DNA of 64,000 bases from Podarcis liolepis (Eukaryota), in the NCBI GenBank assembly GCA_965112155.1, contig OZ218102.1. One strand, 5' to 3'. The translations under genes and the position numbers were made by a program. This document shows positions 40,485 through 51,430 of this stretch, piece by piece (the first letter of the stretch is position 1; each line of letters begins with the position of its first letter). The notes under the pieces were generated by a model. The model was not told where the DNA came from, ran no database searches, and was given only the letters and a program-made list of their open reading frames with translations.

Positions 40485-41625
40485 CCGTATTTTTCGCCCC
40501 ATAAGACGCACCGGCCCATAAGACGCACCTAGATTTTAGGGGGGGAAATAAAGGAAAAAAAATTATTTCCCCCCCAGGTGCGCTGCGCTACACCAGGAGC
40601 TTGGGGCGTGCGGAGCTCAGCGCGCCCCAAGCTTCTGCGTGCCGGCAAGGTCTCCGCTAGCGTGGGAGAGCCGGGCGCCTCTCCCAGGGCTAGCGGACCC
40701 CTGCGCTAATCCAGAAGCTTGGGGCAAGCTGAGGTCAGCGCGCCCCAAGCTTCTGCGTGCCGGCAAGCAGCCCGCTGCCGCCCCAAGCCTCCCGCACCCG
40801 GCAGGAGGTCCCGCCGGGTGCGCAAGGCTTGGGGCGGCAGCGGACTGCTTGCGCGCACCTAGAAGCTTGGGGCGTGCTGAGCTCAGCGCGCGCCAAGCTT
40901 CTGCATGCCGGCAAGCAGTCCGCTGCCGCCCCAAGCCTCCCGCACCCGGCAGGAGGTCCCGCCGGGTGCGCGAGGCTTGGGGCGGCAGCGGACTGCTTGC
41001 GCGCACCTAGAAGCTTGGGGCCAGCTGAGCTCAGCCCGCCCCAAACTTCTAGGTGCGCGCAAGCAGTCCGCTGCCGCCCCAAGCCTCGCGCACCCGGCAG
41101 GAGGTCCCACGGGGTGCGCGAGGCTTGGGGCGGCAGCGGACTGCTTGCGCGCACCGAGAAGCTTGGGGCCAGCTGAGCTCAGCCCGCCCCAAGCTTCTCG
41201 GTGCGCGCAAGCAGTCCGCTGCCGCCCCAAGCCTCGCGCACCAGGCAGGAGGTCCCACGGGGTGCGCGAGGCTTGGGGCGGCAGCGGACTGCTTGCGCGC
41301 ACCCAGAAGCTTGGGGCCAGCTGAGCTCAGCCCGCCCCAAGCTTCTCGGTGCGCGCAAGCAGTCCGCTGCCGCCCCAAGCCTCGCGCACCCGGTGGGACC
41401 TCCTGCCAGGTGCGCGAGGCTTGCAGACACTCGCCCGAAGCAGGGGGAGCCCTCCAGAGGGCTCCCCGTGCTTCGGGCGACAGGCTGCTGCCCCAAGCCT
41501 CGCGCACCCGGTGGGACCTCCTGCCGGGCGCGCGAGGCTTGCAGGCATTCGCCCCATAAGACGCACCCCGATTCCCCTTCATTTTTGGAGGGGAAAAAGT
41601 GCGTCTTATGGGGCGAAAAATACGG
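40485..41625. mobile_element. Non-autonomous TcMar-Tc2 (Kanga/MER104-like) element, 1141 bp, with an internal GC-rich array
   Basis: Perfect 27-bp TIR CCGTATTTTTCGCCCCATAAGACGCAC; TA on the left flank and TG on the right; subterminal repeats of CCCATAAGACGCAC. Confidence 0.9.
40590..41545. repeat. Tandem array of 148-bp units, each made of a 57-bp arm, 18-bp spacer, inverted arm and 16-bp spacer
   Basis: Example unit: arm 41186-41242, spacer 41243-41260, inverted arm 41261-41317, spacer 41318-41333. ORF starts recur every 148 nt on both strands. Confidence 0.93.
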
Positions 41626-42333
41626 TGAGTTGTAAACACACTCCACAGCCAGTGGGGGGGGGGTAACATTATTTTATTATCCTGAAACCTACAGCTGAAG
41701 TAATAAAGTAGCCGGTTTTGAATTTCAAACTTCTTATCCGGAGAAAGCAAAGCATCTGACTGAAGTTAGTTACAGGTGTGATACAAGTACCTTCCTTAGA
41801 ATCAGCACTTACAATTTTGATCTTCTTTTGTACAGCTCAGTATCTAAGAAGTCCCCATGTGAAGCAGCTACTACTTCTGTAACACAAAGAGAAAGGGAGA
41901 AAAGAATACAATAAGATCAAGTTTGCAATGCAAGAACCCCTGCTGTCCTGCCATGTTCCGAATCTCAGGTTAAAACCTGCCTGACAATGACTTGATTCAC
42001 TGCCCAGCAACTTTAGCTCACATGTTTCAGATCCCTCCACCACAAAAACACCCAACTGACTGATCTTACTAACACAGAGAGGGAAAATACAGAAGCAAAA
42101 TGAGAAAGGAGAAGAATTAGAGAAGGAAAAATAAAATAGACACTGTTGGCATAACCAACCACAACTACTTCTAGAGAACGGCAGACAAACGGACGGTAAC
42201 CCATTAAGGGTTAGACATATCTGCCACAAATATGCAGTTTTATTTATGATATTTAGAAGCATAATATAAGATGTCCCTCTACATCAGAGCCTCTGAACAG
42301 ATAAAAGGATTCCCAAGAATCCACCCATTATAG

Positions 42334-43942
42334 CAGGGGTGGGAAGAGTGTAGACTGGAATCTACTGATAGATCTCTAGACCATTTGCAATAAATCAGCA
42401 AGCATTCCTGACTCCCAGTTGTTTAAAAATAGCAACAAGATGATATCCAAAAAAAAGGAAACTGATCAACAATTACAAAAAGTAAAAGAAAATAACCGAA
42501 ATCTAAACATAACATAAGGATATTACCCGTTACCGTTACAGTTAAATCTCTTCACATTTATCTCATTATATCTTTAAAAGCTTAGATCATTCTTCTGCAC
42601 CCTACCGACTTCCATCCCTCCCGTTTTCAGGCTTCTTAATATACATAGTTTGTTTTTCCTGCAGCTAGTGATTGTTAATGATTTGCACATCGTAGGATTT
42701 ATATCAAACCTGCTATAGTTTTTAAGTTCCTATAATTCCCTTCAATATATATCATAAATTTGTTCCAATCGTTAATAAACTTTGTATTTTTTTGGTTTCT
42801 GATTTTTTGTGTCAATTTCGCAAGTTCAACAAATTCAAATAATTTTGTTTGCCAGTCTCTAATTGAAGGGGTATTTCGATTTTTCCAATTTTGGGCGATT
42901 AATAATCTGGCGGCGGTTGTGGCATAGTGAAATAGTGTCTTATCTTCTTTTTTAATTTTGTCCCCGATTATTCCTAGTAGGAATGCTTCTCGTCTTTTAG
43001 GGAATGTATATTTAAATATTTTTTTTAACTCATTATAAATATCTTCCCAATATTTCTTCATTTCGTCGCATGTCCACCACATGTGGAAAAAATTACCCTC
43101 TTTAGTTTTACACTTCCAGCAGTTCTTATTTCCTGTTTTATACATTTTCCCTAGCTTTGCTGGTGTAATGTACCACCTATACATCATCTTTTCTAAATTT
43201 TCCCTGAGTGTTACACATGCCGTAAATTTCAGTCCACTAGTCCATAATTTCAGCCATTTATCATACTCTATATTATATCCCAGATCCATTGCCCATCTTG
43301 TCATTGCCCCCTTTATTTCTTCATCTTTGGTGTCCCACTCTAATAATATGTTATACATTTTGGATAATAATTTGGATTTTCCTTCAATTATCTCTGTCTG
43401 AAACTTGGATTTCTTTTCATTCATCCCTATTTTTTTATCATCCATCCATACTGCATTTATTTGATGGAATTGCATCCAGCTGGTTAATTTATCTTTCAAC
43501 TCCTCATAAGTTCTCAACTTCCAACCGCTTTCTGATCTTATTAATAAGTCTTCATAAGTTAGCCTTTCTCTCTCCATATTTTTTTTTATTATTATTAGAA
43601 TGTCCATTGTCGATAACCACCAGGGTGTTTTCCATTCTAGGAGTTTTTTATTCCTCTCCCACACCTCGTAAAGGGGCCCTCTTAAACAAGATGACTTTTC
43701 ACACGTAAATTAGGCTGCAAAAATGAAGAACGCTAACCAGGAATGCACTTTTCTGTGAAAGGGTTGTGAGCTTAATTCAGTTATGGTACTGAAAACCAAT
43801 TCCTGGGCTCAGAATTAACTCAGAGGCACCCTCTTCTTTAATTATAACTGTATGTCTTTTGCTCCTGGCTCTGGTTAATAGATATTGGGACTCTAATAAA
43901 GAACAAAGTATATCTGCCAAGTCTGTAGTCTGCCCACTCTTT
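42334..43942. mobile_element. Old hAT-like element interrupted by an L1
   Basis: Left end CAGGGGTGGGAA, degenerate right end TGCCCACTCTTT, imperfect TSD CATTATAG / CCTGATAG. Confidence 0.5.
42444..43684 (-). mobile_element. 5'-truncated L1-clade LINE (ORF2 C-terminus with CCHC zinc finger, plus 3'UTR)
   Basis: Open 321-aa frame 42699-43664 with YRWYITP...CWKC...HMWWTC...EAFLLG, typical of squamate L1 ORF2; A-rich coding strand. Flanking direct repeat AACAAGATGA at 42434-42443 and 43685-43694. Confidence 0.9.
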
Positions 43943-45839
43943 CCTGATAGAGCCAATTCTGCTTCATACTTGCAGCAAAAGTGTGCCTGGTACTTTCAGA
44001 CCATTCTCCAGGCCAATCAATCTCAATTATAATAAACTAACCATCAACACTGGGACACAAACCTCTAATCAAATTTTGCTATTGGAATGTGAGCTGGTGG
44101 GCAATGTTACCTCTTGAACTAGAGAGGTATGGGTCCAAATTCCTACTTAGGCATGAATGCAGATTGTCTTTTAAGTTAACTGTACTCTTACAACTTCAGC
44201 TCCCCTTCATTATGTACAAATGTTAATTATTTAAACAAAGCTTCAATGAGAAGTTGTTACAGAAATAAAAACCATGAGGTAATCTTCTAATCTGTGTCAG
44301 AGTTACCACAAAATGTAAACCATGGAATCTGTCACCTTTGAATAAATGCTAATACACTTTCAAAGCAGTGTTGGGATTATGTGAACAGATACTCATTATG
44401 ATGGGATATAAGGGGTTGCATCGAGTGGAGGCACAAGATGATGATGAAATTACTAATAGCGAAATCAAGTGGGGAATGCCAGGAAAAGTAACAAGAACAC
44501 AGAGAAATATGAGAGAAGAATCAGATCATTCAAGGGAACTCCAAGGGTTGCAGATATAAAACAATTTAAAAACAAAAACCGCCAATAAGGGCAGAAAATT
44601 CTCAGTAACCACAGAATATTGTTTGTGAAATGGAGGGCAGAAATGGTGTGTGTGTAGAAAGAGAATGGCCTGCTGGAGGAGGGAAGCCATAGTTACCTAG
44701 CTGTGCATTTTCCTATTTCCCTTATGGCTACTTTCATGCATAAAGAAAAGGGTCATCATGAATACCACATCAACTGTGGTTTTAAGTTCAGCAGCTTCTC
44801 TTTTACTTCAAAGCGTTTGCTTTATGAAATGGGGAAATGCATAAGGTATTTTATAAGTCATTTTTAAAACATATGCCTTGCTGTTAAGCAAGTGTTCACC
44901 ATTTCAATTTTAGGTTCCCTCACTTGGTTATGTGTGACCCAAAAAAACTATAGACCGAAGAAATCAAAACACAGGTATATTTTAAAATGAATACAAGTTG
45001 CACATGCAGATTGCAATATTTCTGAGAAGTTTGATTTTATTAACATGTGCAAGCACACTTGGAGCAGCTTCAGACATTGCAAAACCCCAACACGGAGCTA
45101 CTTCTGTGTGGGAGTTAACAAGTACATAATCATCAAAGAAAGTGGACAATACATATGTATTGTAATGCATGTGTACACTTTCTTGTGCACCCAGCTGCTA
45201 TAATCACTCAGCTTTCCTGTGAACACATAACAAAGTGCATACATGCACTGTGATGGTATAAGCTATAAACATAGGAGCCAACTCCTACGAACCGATTAAC
45301 AGTCTTCACTGTGCCCATAGGTATACCCTGGAAGGCTAAGAAAAGAAGGGAATCCACCCTTGAAGAATATTAATTTAGTCATCTCCAACAGCTGGGAATC
45401 GACTCTGTATTACGTGATCTATGAAGAATGGACCCCATACAGAAACAAGATTTGGGGCAGGGAAGCCAATCTTTTATCAAAATATGTGGAAACAAGAGAA
45501 GAAAGAGCACACTGGTCCCAATTATGAGGGCAGGGAACCACGTGGAAGCTTAAGCGTGTGGGCAACAGCAGAACAAGACACTTCACCTGCCCCCAAATGA
45601 GAGCTCTTCCCTCTTCCATACTACTGCAACAGGGGTGCAGGAAGGGGAAAGCGCTTAACAACAGAAAAGAGGAGTGGGGGGAGATGACTAGAGCAGGAAA
45701 TGCATAAAACTGCCTCCTGAGCAGCGGCACCTACCTACTTCCTCCCGCCCCACCCTGCCCCACCCCAACTCACCTCCACTGTAAACGGGGCTCTCCTCTT
45801 CCCATCCCAGGTACGTCCCCCTATCCCACGTACACAGAA

Positions 45840-46330
45840 AAACAGGTGCGCTCAGGCCCCCTTCTCCCTAAACACGCCCCCAAGAGCGCCCCACAGGCAG
45901 CCTCCTCAAAAGTCCCCCTCTGCACCCCAACACGCCTCCCTCCCAGTCATGTTTTGCCACCCGACCCCAGGCAATGCCGCCAGGTCCTCTCCCACCGCCA
46001 CCCCAACTTCGCACCCTGGCCGCTCCCTCCCTATCCTCAAAGGGCGCAGCCTAACTACACAGCGCGGGGAGCAACGGAGGCCGGACCCTAAAAAGAAGGG
46101 AGCGAAATAGCCCCCGTTACCTGAGCGGGGCGACCGCCTCTCGGCGCGCATGCGCCACCGAGTCAGACTTCGCCCCGCCCTCTCACTACTACGCAGGCGC
46201 GCCGTCCTTTATCTGCCCGGTCCCACCTCCAACCACCTTGCGGAGGACGGCTTCTGCTGGGTACTAGTGCGAGTTGAGTGCGGATGAAAATCGAACGGCA
46301 TAGCCGAGCCGGCCTTACACGGGCATATAT
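45840..46330 (-). promoter_or_regulatory. ARMH3: CpG-island promoter and probable non-coding exon 1 of ARMH3 (donor CAG|gtaacg; exon ends at 46121)
   Basis: Local CpG/GC enrichment, NRF1 palindrome GCGCATGCGC at 46146-46155, GC box CCCCGCCC at about 46173-46180, good minus-strand donor at 46119-46120. The first coding exon begins with an acceptor, so an upstream exon is required. Confidence 0.7.
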
Positions 46331-47295
46331 GGGGGAAAGGAAACCTTCAGCAGAACTGGCTTCCCGCAGCCAGTTATTTTGTAATCTACCCCAGGATTAG
46401 AAAGTACGGAAGCAGATGTAATTTTCACAGTCCGATCCACTGTATTTACATCCCACGCGCTTTTTTACCTGGGGGAAGCTCTGTTAAACATATTGCGGCT
46501 TACTCCAGAGTCAACGTGCAAAGAATCGTACTACAGGGCTGCAGTGTCCTGCGTACGGGGATCTTAAGCCCTTCTTATGGAAAACTCATGTACTAGTGAA
46601 AGGATCCACATAATCTGCCTCCAAGATCCCTAATCAGTTGATCCCCGTTCCTAAGACCTTGAAGTAGCCTGTGTAAAAGAAGCAGTTACCACCACGAGGC
46701 AGGAGGGATCCTCCATGTGCTTTTACACACTCACACAGCATAAGCGTGAAGAAACCCTAGCTGCAAATTAATCCATGCAATGAAATCAGATCAAATCAAT
46801 CAGCTGGTTTGTCGTCCTGTAAATGTGAGCTCTTCATGTACTGCTGCGCATACACACTGTTAGATAAGAACAAACTGTTGACGTTTGGTTCGCTCGCTTG
46901 TAGTCAGCAGATTTGCACAAATTTGCCACAGGAGGCTGTTCCTGCTCTGCAGATAGTCTGGGCGTGTTTGTCATTCCAGACTTTTTCCTGCCTCTGCTTG
47001 TTTGCTTCTGAAGAAGAAATAAATACAAAGACGGGAAATGTGCCCCACTCTTGGCAAAGCAAGAAACCTCGTCTGAGAAGCGTTGCTGCCTGCACACACA
47101 TTTGTATAGTTCAGACACACCATCCTTAAGAACATAAGGACAGCCTGCTGGATCAGGCCAATAGCTGATCTAGTCCAGCATCCTGTTTTCATAGTGGCCA
47201 ACTTGATGCCTATGGCAAGCCACCAAGCTGGGCCCAACCCTTCCTATTCCCCACTACTCCTATGCAGGTAAAACTAAGGTTACAGGAGTACAATA

Positions 47296-47510
47296 CAGTA
47301 GTACCTCGGGTTACATACGCTTCAGGTTACAGACTCTAACCCAGAAAAAGTGCTTCAGGTTAAGAACTTTGCTTCAGGATGAGAACAGAAATTGTGCTCT
47401 GGCGGCAGCAGGAGATCCCATTAACCAAAGTGGTGCTTCAGGTTAAGAACAGTTTCAGGTTAAGTACGGACCTTCGGAACGAATTAAGTACTTAACCCGA
47501 GGTACCACTG
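47296..47510. mobile_element. Tc1/mariner (Tigger-like) MITE between the two promoters
   Basis: TA|CAGTAGTACCTCGGGTTA ... TAACCCGAGGTACCACTG|TA. Confidence 0.9.
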
Positions 47511-48229
47511 TATTCTCTGAGGCAAGACAGATATGCACCCCAATCCTATGCACCTCTACTCAAACATAAGTTCTACAGTGGTACTAGAAAGGGTGCACAG
47601 GACTGAACCCCTTTTTGAAGTAAACTTTGGTGGGGGTTTTATAAATGAGTTTAAGAAAGCAGCCTGATCCTATTGGAAGAAAATTCAGTTTATTTCAGTA
47701 GGGCTTATTCTCGAGGCTAGGAAGCTGCTTTTTGTGTACTTCAGGCCATGAACGTAATTGCTTGTGGACTGCACACCATGTTGCTACAAGTTTAGACTGC
47801 CATCTTTACCCTAAGGCCGCTTTCCTGTGAGGCCCACTCAAGCAGGGGGACTATGACTGCACTGTTCAATAAAGCCAATAACTGGTCTCCTGTCGGAAAA
47901 CCCCAACGAAGCGTTCTGCTGCTTTCAACAATCCTATGTTAACACAGTGCTAAAAACCACTGGCTTGTGATTTATTTCCACGGTAAATTGCAGTGTTATA
48001 GGAAGTAAACTCTGCTGAGCACCATGGGACTTACACCGGAGTAAACATGCATTGCAGGTAATGCAAAGCGGGTAATTTTGAGGAGCCAAAGGCCTGCTGA
48101 GTCCTCTCACCCTTCGTAGTAAATACTCTGCGACCTGCCTCTAAAACTTAAACCGCTTAGAGATTCCGTCGAAATATGAAGCGCTATATAAATGAAAACT
48201 ATTGATGATAATGACGTGTCTCTTTAACG

Positions 48230-48982
48230 CAGGGCGGAGCTGTAAAGCAGGCCCGGCAGGGCTCCTGCTCTCCTCTGCCTGCTTCTACACTCCGGAGCCG
48301 CAGCTCAGTCGGGGCGGTGAGATTTTTAACCTCATCGGGCAGGGACGGAAGTAAGAGAGCCGGAGGCAGCTCGGGCTCTGCCGCCGAGGCCCGGCCGCGG
48401 AAGCGACTGCGCCCGGAAACGAGAGGCCTCGTGATTGCAGTAATTGTGCGGGGCGCTGTTGCTTTCGGACCTGGACGGGGAGAGGCGCCGAGGTTCTCGC
48501 TGCCCGCGCGCCCAGAGCTTCGCTGGAGAAACGCCCGGGTCGACCTGCCTGCTCTCGGCACCCCGGGGCGCCTAAGGGAGAGCCGCTGTCAACTCTCGAG
48601 AGCGCGCGAAGAAGGGAGGAAAAAGGGAAGAAGCGAGGCAGCGGGAGGAGGACGAGGGACGGAGCCCGGGAGTGCCAGGACCTGACCGCTGCGGAGGAGC
48701 GGGCGCGCAGGAGCTGGCGGACTAGAGTTAAGGGGACTCGGGAGGCGCCAGAGGCAGGCAGCGGGGCCCTCCTCGAGGACGTGGAAGTGCCCGGCGAGAG
48801 CAAGAAAGGCGGCGAGGGGGGAATATAGTGGCGCCAGAGTCGGCGGGGAGACCGGGCGAGGCGAGGCTCCCGGCTCGAAGAGGCAGGGCGCGTTGGTGAG
48901 GCGCCGCCAGCTTCGCCCCGCCGCGGCGCGTCCTGCTGAGCTCCTTCCCCATGTGGTCGGCAGCCGCGGCGGACGCCCCGAG
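48230..48982 (+). promoter_or_regulatory. HPS6: CpG-island promoter and 5' leader of HPS6
   Basis: CpG-dense and GC-rich, with GC boxes (GGGCGG) and ETS-type CGGAAG motifs near 48346 and 48398; runs into the HPS6 CDS. Confidence 0.7.
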
Positions 48983-51430
48983 ATGAAGCTGCGGCAGATC
49001 TCGGACTGGAGCGACTTCGTCCGCGGCCGCTGCCTGCGAGAGCTGCTGGAGCAGGGCCGCCCGGGCGAGGCTCCCAGCCGCCTCTTAGCCAGCCCGGACA
49101 GGCAGCATCTGCTTCTGTTGTGGAACCAGCCGGCCTCGCAGGCTCGGGTTGTGGCCTTCCAGCGCCTGGGCGCCGACGGGGCTGACCTGGAGAGGAGTTG
49201 GCAGCCTCCTCAGCCGCCCGTGGTGGGGCTGCTTTTCCTGGAAAGCCCCGGGACAGCTGTCTCTTGGGTGCTGACGATCATCTGGGAGCACGGCAAGACT
49301 GAACTCTGGCGATTTGTGCCCGCAGTGGGGTGGCACTTGCTGCAGAGCCTGGAGCTGTGCCATGGAGCTCGTGCCCGGGTTGTCTCCATCTGCAGCTGGG
49401 GGGGCCAGCTGGTGTGGTGTGAGGAGAGGCCCCCCTTGGACGCCCAGCTGACGCCCGAGAGGAGAGCCTTCAGGTACTGCATCTGCACTAGACGCCTTCA
49501 GATCGGGGAGCAGGGAGCCCAGCTGAGCCCCTTAAGGATTGTCTTGCACAACAGCCCTGTGTACCGAGTGCTCGCCTCACCCTCTGGTGTTTTCCTGCTG
49601 CCCACTCCAGCCACCTTCCAGGGAGTAGCCAAGTTTGTCCTCATCTGGCGTCCCGAAAATGCTGACATCATCATTGCTGCTCCATCCAAAGGCTGCATTT
49701 GTACTAAGGCTTTGCTTCCAGGCAGTGAAGTGGACTTCAAAAAGCTGCTCTTGGGCTGTGTGGGACTCTTGGCAAACATGGACCCTTTGGATATCCATAG
49801 CTGTGTGCTCTCTGGTCGCAGGGGGCTCCTCCTGGTTAGCACAGCAGGAGCTGTGGAGCTGGTGCAGCCCGACGGAGTGTGGAGACCCATCTTTGACTTT
49901 GGGGGAAGTGCTTTGGCCCCAGGGGAGCAGGTCCAGCTGAAGGTTTTTGGGGACACCCTTGCCTGCTTCTTTGGAGGGGCTCTTTATCTTGTGGACTTGG
50001 GCAGCAGGCAGTTGATAGAAAAGAAAGTCCTGAGCACGGAGGAAGTGCTTTTTTTGGACTTCCATGCCGAGGAGGAGGAAGTGCAGCTCCTGGGTCCAAA
50101 CGGCATCTACAGCCTTGACTTCTCTGGTACCGACAGGGAAGAGCCCACCCTGGTCGAGATGGTTTTTGAAGAGGCCTGCAAATACTATCAGCGGCGGAGC
50201 CTCAGCAGCTCTCAGCTCACCGTAGAGAAACTGAAAAAGGGAGACATGTTCCAGGCTCCCATTGCACTCTCCTCCATCCTGTGCTATAGCCTTGCTTCCA
50301 AGGATAAACGTCCCAGGGCCTTCCCAGAGCCTTACGCCAAACTGCTGGGCACAATGCAGCTGGAACTGCAGAGCTACCAAAAGCTGGAATTCCTTAAATT
50401 GTGTGTGGTCGGGGCCTCGGAAAGTGAGGTGGAGAGCTATGGTGAGGCGCTCGTGGAGCAGGAGCTCGGTCGTCTTCTACACTTGGACTTAAACAAGGAG
50501 AACCTGGCCTACCTGAATGCCATCTTCAGTTCCTTCCCTGGGGCCTCTTGGAAGGCCATCCAAAACCACCTGCAGCTGCAACAGAATGGGGATGGAGTAC
50601 TGGTAGCCAGAGCTACTCCAGATGTGTGGAAGAAAATCCTGGGGGGATCAGTGCCCGGCCTCAGCAAGCAAGAGGAGGGGCCTCTAAATGGGATGGTTCC
50701 ACTTTTTGAACTCATCTGTCTGTTGCTGCACCAGTTCAAGCCTAAGTGGCTGCCTCAGTTTGTGGGGCTGTCCCAAGAGTACCTGGGTGCCTCTTGGACT
50801 TACGGCAACAAGGAGGGCCCCGAGGGTGCTGTTCCCCTCTACAAAAGGGCACTGGCTGTGCTGCCAAGGAGGAGCAGAGGCTCTCTGGCAGATGGGGAAA
50901 TGGAGATTGAGCTCCTGCTATGCAGCCAGCGGCCCAAAGCCATCCTGCAGGCCATGGACCTCCTTATCCAGCATAGGAGATGGCAGCGTGTGATGGAGGC
51001 TGCAGAAAAGTTCTCCATGCTAAGCCCTTTGCTGAACAAAGAGATCTTCACCATCCTTTTGAGAGAGTGCTCCCAGCATAGGGACCTGGACCCTTACTTG
51101 GACAAGCTGTGGGAACTCTGCCCTACAAATCTGAGCGCTTCTGACATCCTGAGCGTTCTTCAGCAATACTTACCCCCAACAGAACTTGATCCTCCTCCCT
51201 TTCTCCCAGGTGGGTCATCCCAGCTGACTGTTGGCCTGCTGAAGCCCCTGTTGCACAGACTTGCCCAGGGCCCACCTGGCCAGGATGAAATCTATGCTGT
51301 CTTACAGAGTCCAACTTTCCCACCACCAACCCCACCCAGGCAAAAGAAAGATACCCCAAAGGCAGCTGCCCAGGAGGAGTTAACCCCCTTTCAGAACCAC
51401 ACACACCACTCATTGCGCGAGGTGGTATGA
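48983..51430 (+). CDS. HPS6: Hermansky-Pudlak syndrome 6 protein (BLOC-2 subunit), single-exon CDS, 815 aa
   Basis: Long uninterrupted ORF with first in-frame ATG at 48983 (MKLRQISDWSDF). Motifs SPDRQHLLLL, LELCHGARARVV, LVWCEER, FEEACKYYQRRSL and PPPTPPR match recalled HPS6. HPS6 is intronless and neighbours ARMH3 in mammals. Confidence 0.95.
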   Translation: MKLRQISDWSDFVRGRCLRELLEQGRPGEAPSRLLASPDRQHLLLLWNQPASQARVVAFQRLGADGADLERSWQPPQPPVVGLLFLESPGTAVSWVLTIIWEHGKTELWRFVPAVGWHLLQSLELCHGARARVVSICSWGGQLVWCEERPPLDAQLTPERRAFRYCICTRRLQIGEQGAQLSPLRIVLHNSPVYRVLASPSGVFLLPTPATFQGVAKFVLIWRPENADIIIAAPSKGCICTKALLPGSEVDFKKLLLGCVGLLANMDPLDIHSCVLSGRRGLLLVSTAGAVELVQPDGVWRPIFDFGGSALAPGEQVQLKVFGDTLACFFGGALYLVDLGSRQLIEKKVLSTEEVLFLDFHAEEEEVQLLGPNGIYSLDFSGTDREEPTLVEMVFEEACKYYQRRSLSSSQLTVEKLKKGDMFQAPIALSSILCYSLASKDKRPRAFPEPYAKLLGTMQLELQSYQKLEFLKLCVVGASESEVESYGEALVEQELGRLLHLDLNKENLAYLNAIFSSFPGASWKAIQNHLQLQQNGDGVLVARATPDVWKKILGGSVPGLSKQEEGPLNGMVPLFELICLLLHQFKPKWLPQFVGLSQEYLGASWTYGNKEGPEGAVPLYKRALAVLPRRSRGSLADGEMEIELLLCSQRPKAILQAMDLLIQHRRWQRVMEAAEKFSMLSPLLNKEIFTILLRECSQHRDLDPYLDKLWELCPTNLSASDILSVLQQYLPPTELDPPPFLPGGSSQLTVGLLKPLLHRLAQGPPGQDEIYAVLQSPTFPPPTPPRQKKDTPKAAAQEELTPFQNHTHHSLREVV

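Noticed and set aside
40590-41545. CRISPR-like repeat-spacer array
   Set aside because: The spacers are repeated rather than unique, the repeats alternate in orientation, there are no cas genes, and the context is a vertebrate intron.
40617-41750. Family of near-identical 105-233 aa ORFs on both strands
   Set aside because: Artefact of a GC-rich, stop-poor, palindromic 148-bp array inside a MITE. Starts are mostly GTG/TTG and there is no recognisable protein family.
42699-43664. 321-aa ORF as a host gene
   Set aside because: It is the C-terminal part of L1 ORF2, without the RT core, a true start or a promoter.
48893-48982. 30-aa N-terminal extension of HPS6 from TTG
   Set aside because: Non-ATG start in a GC-rich leader; homology to HPS6 begins at the ATG at 48983.
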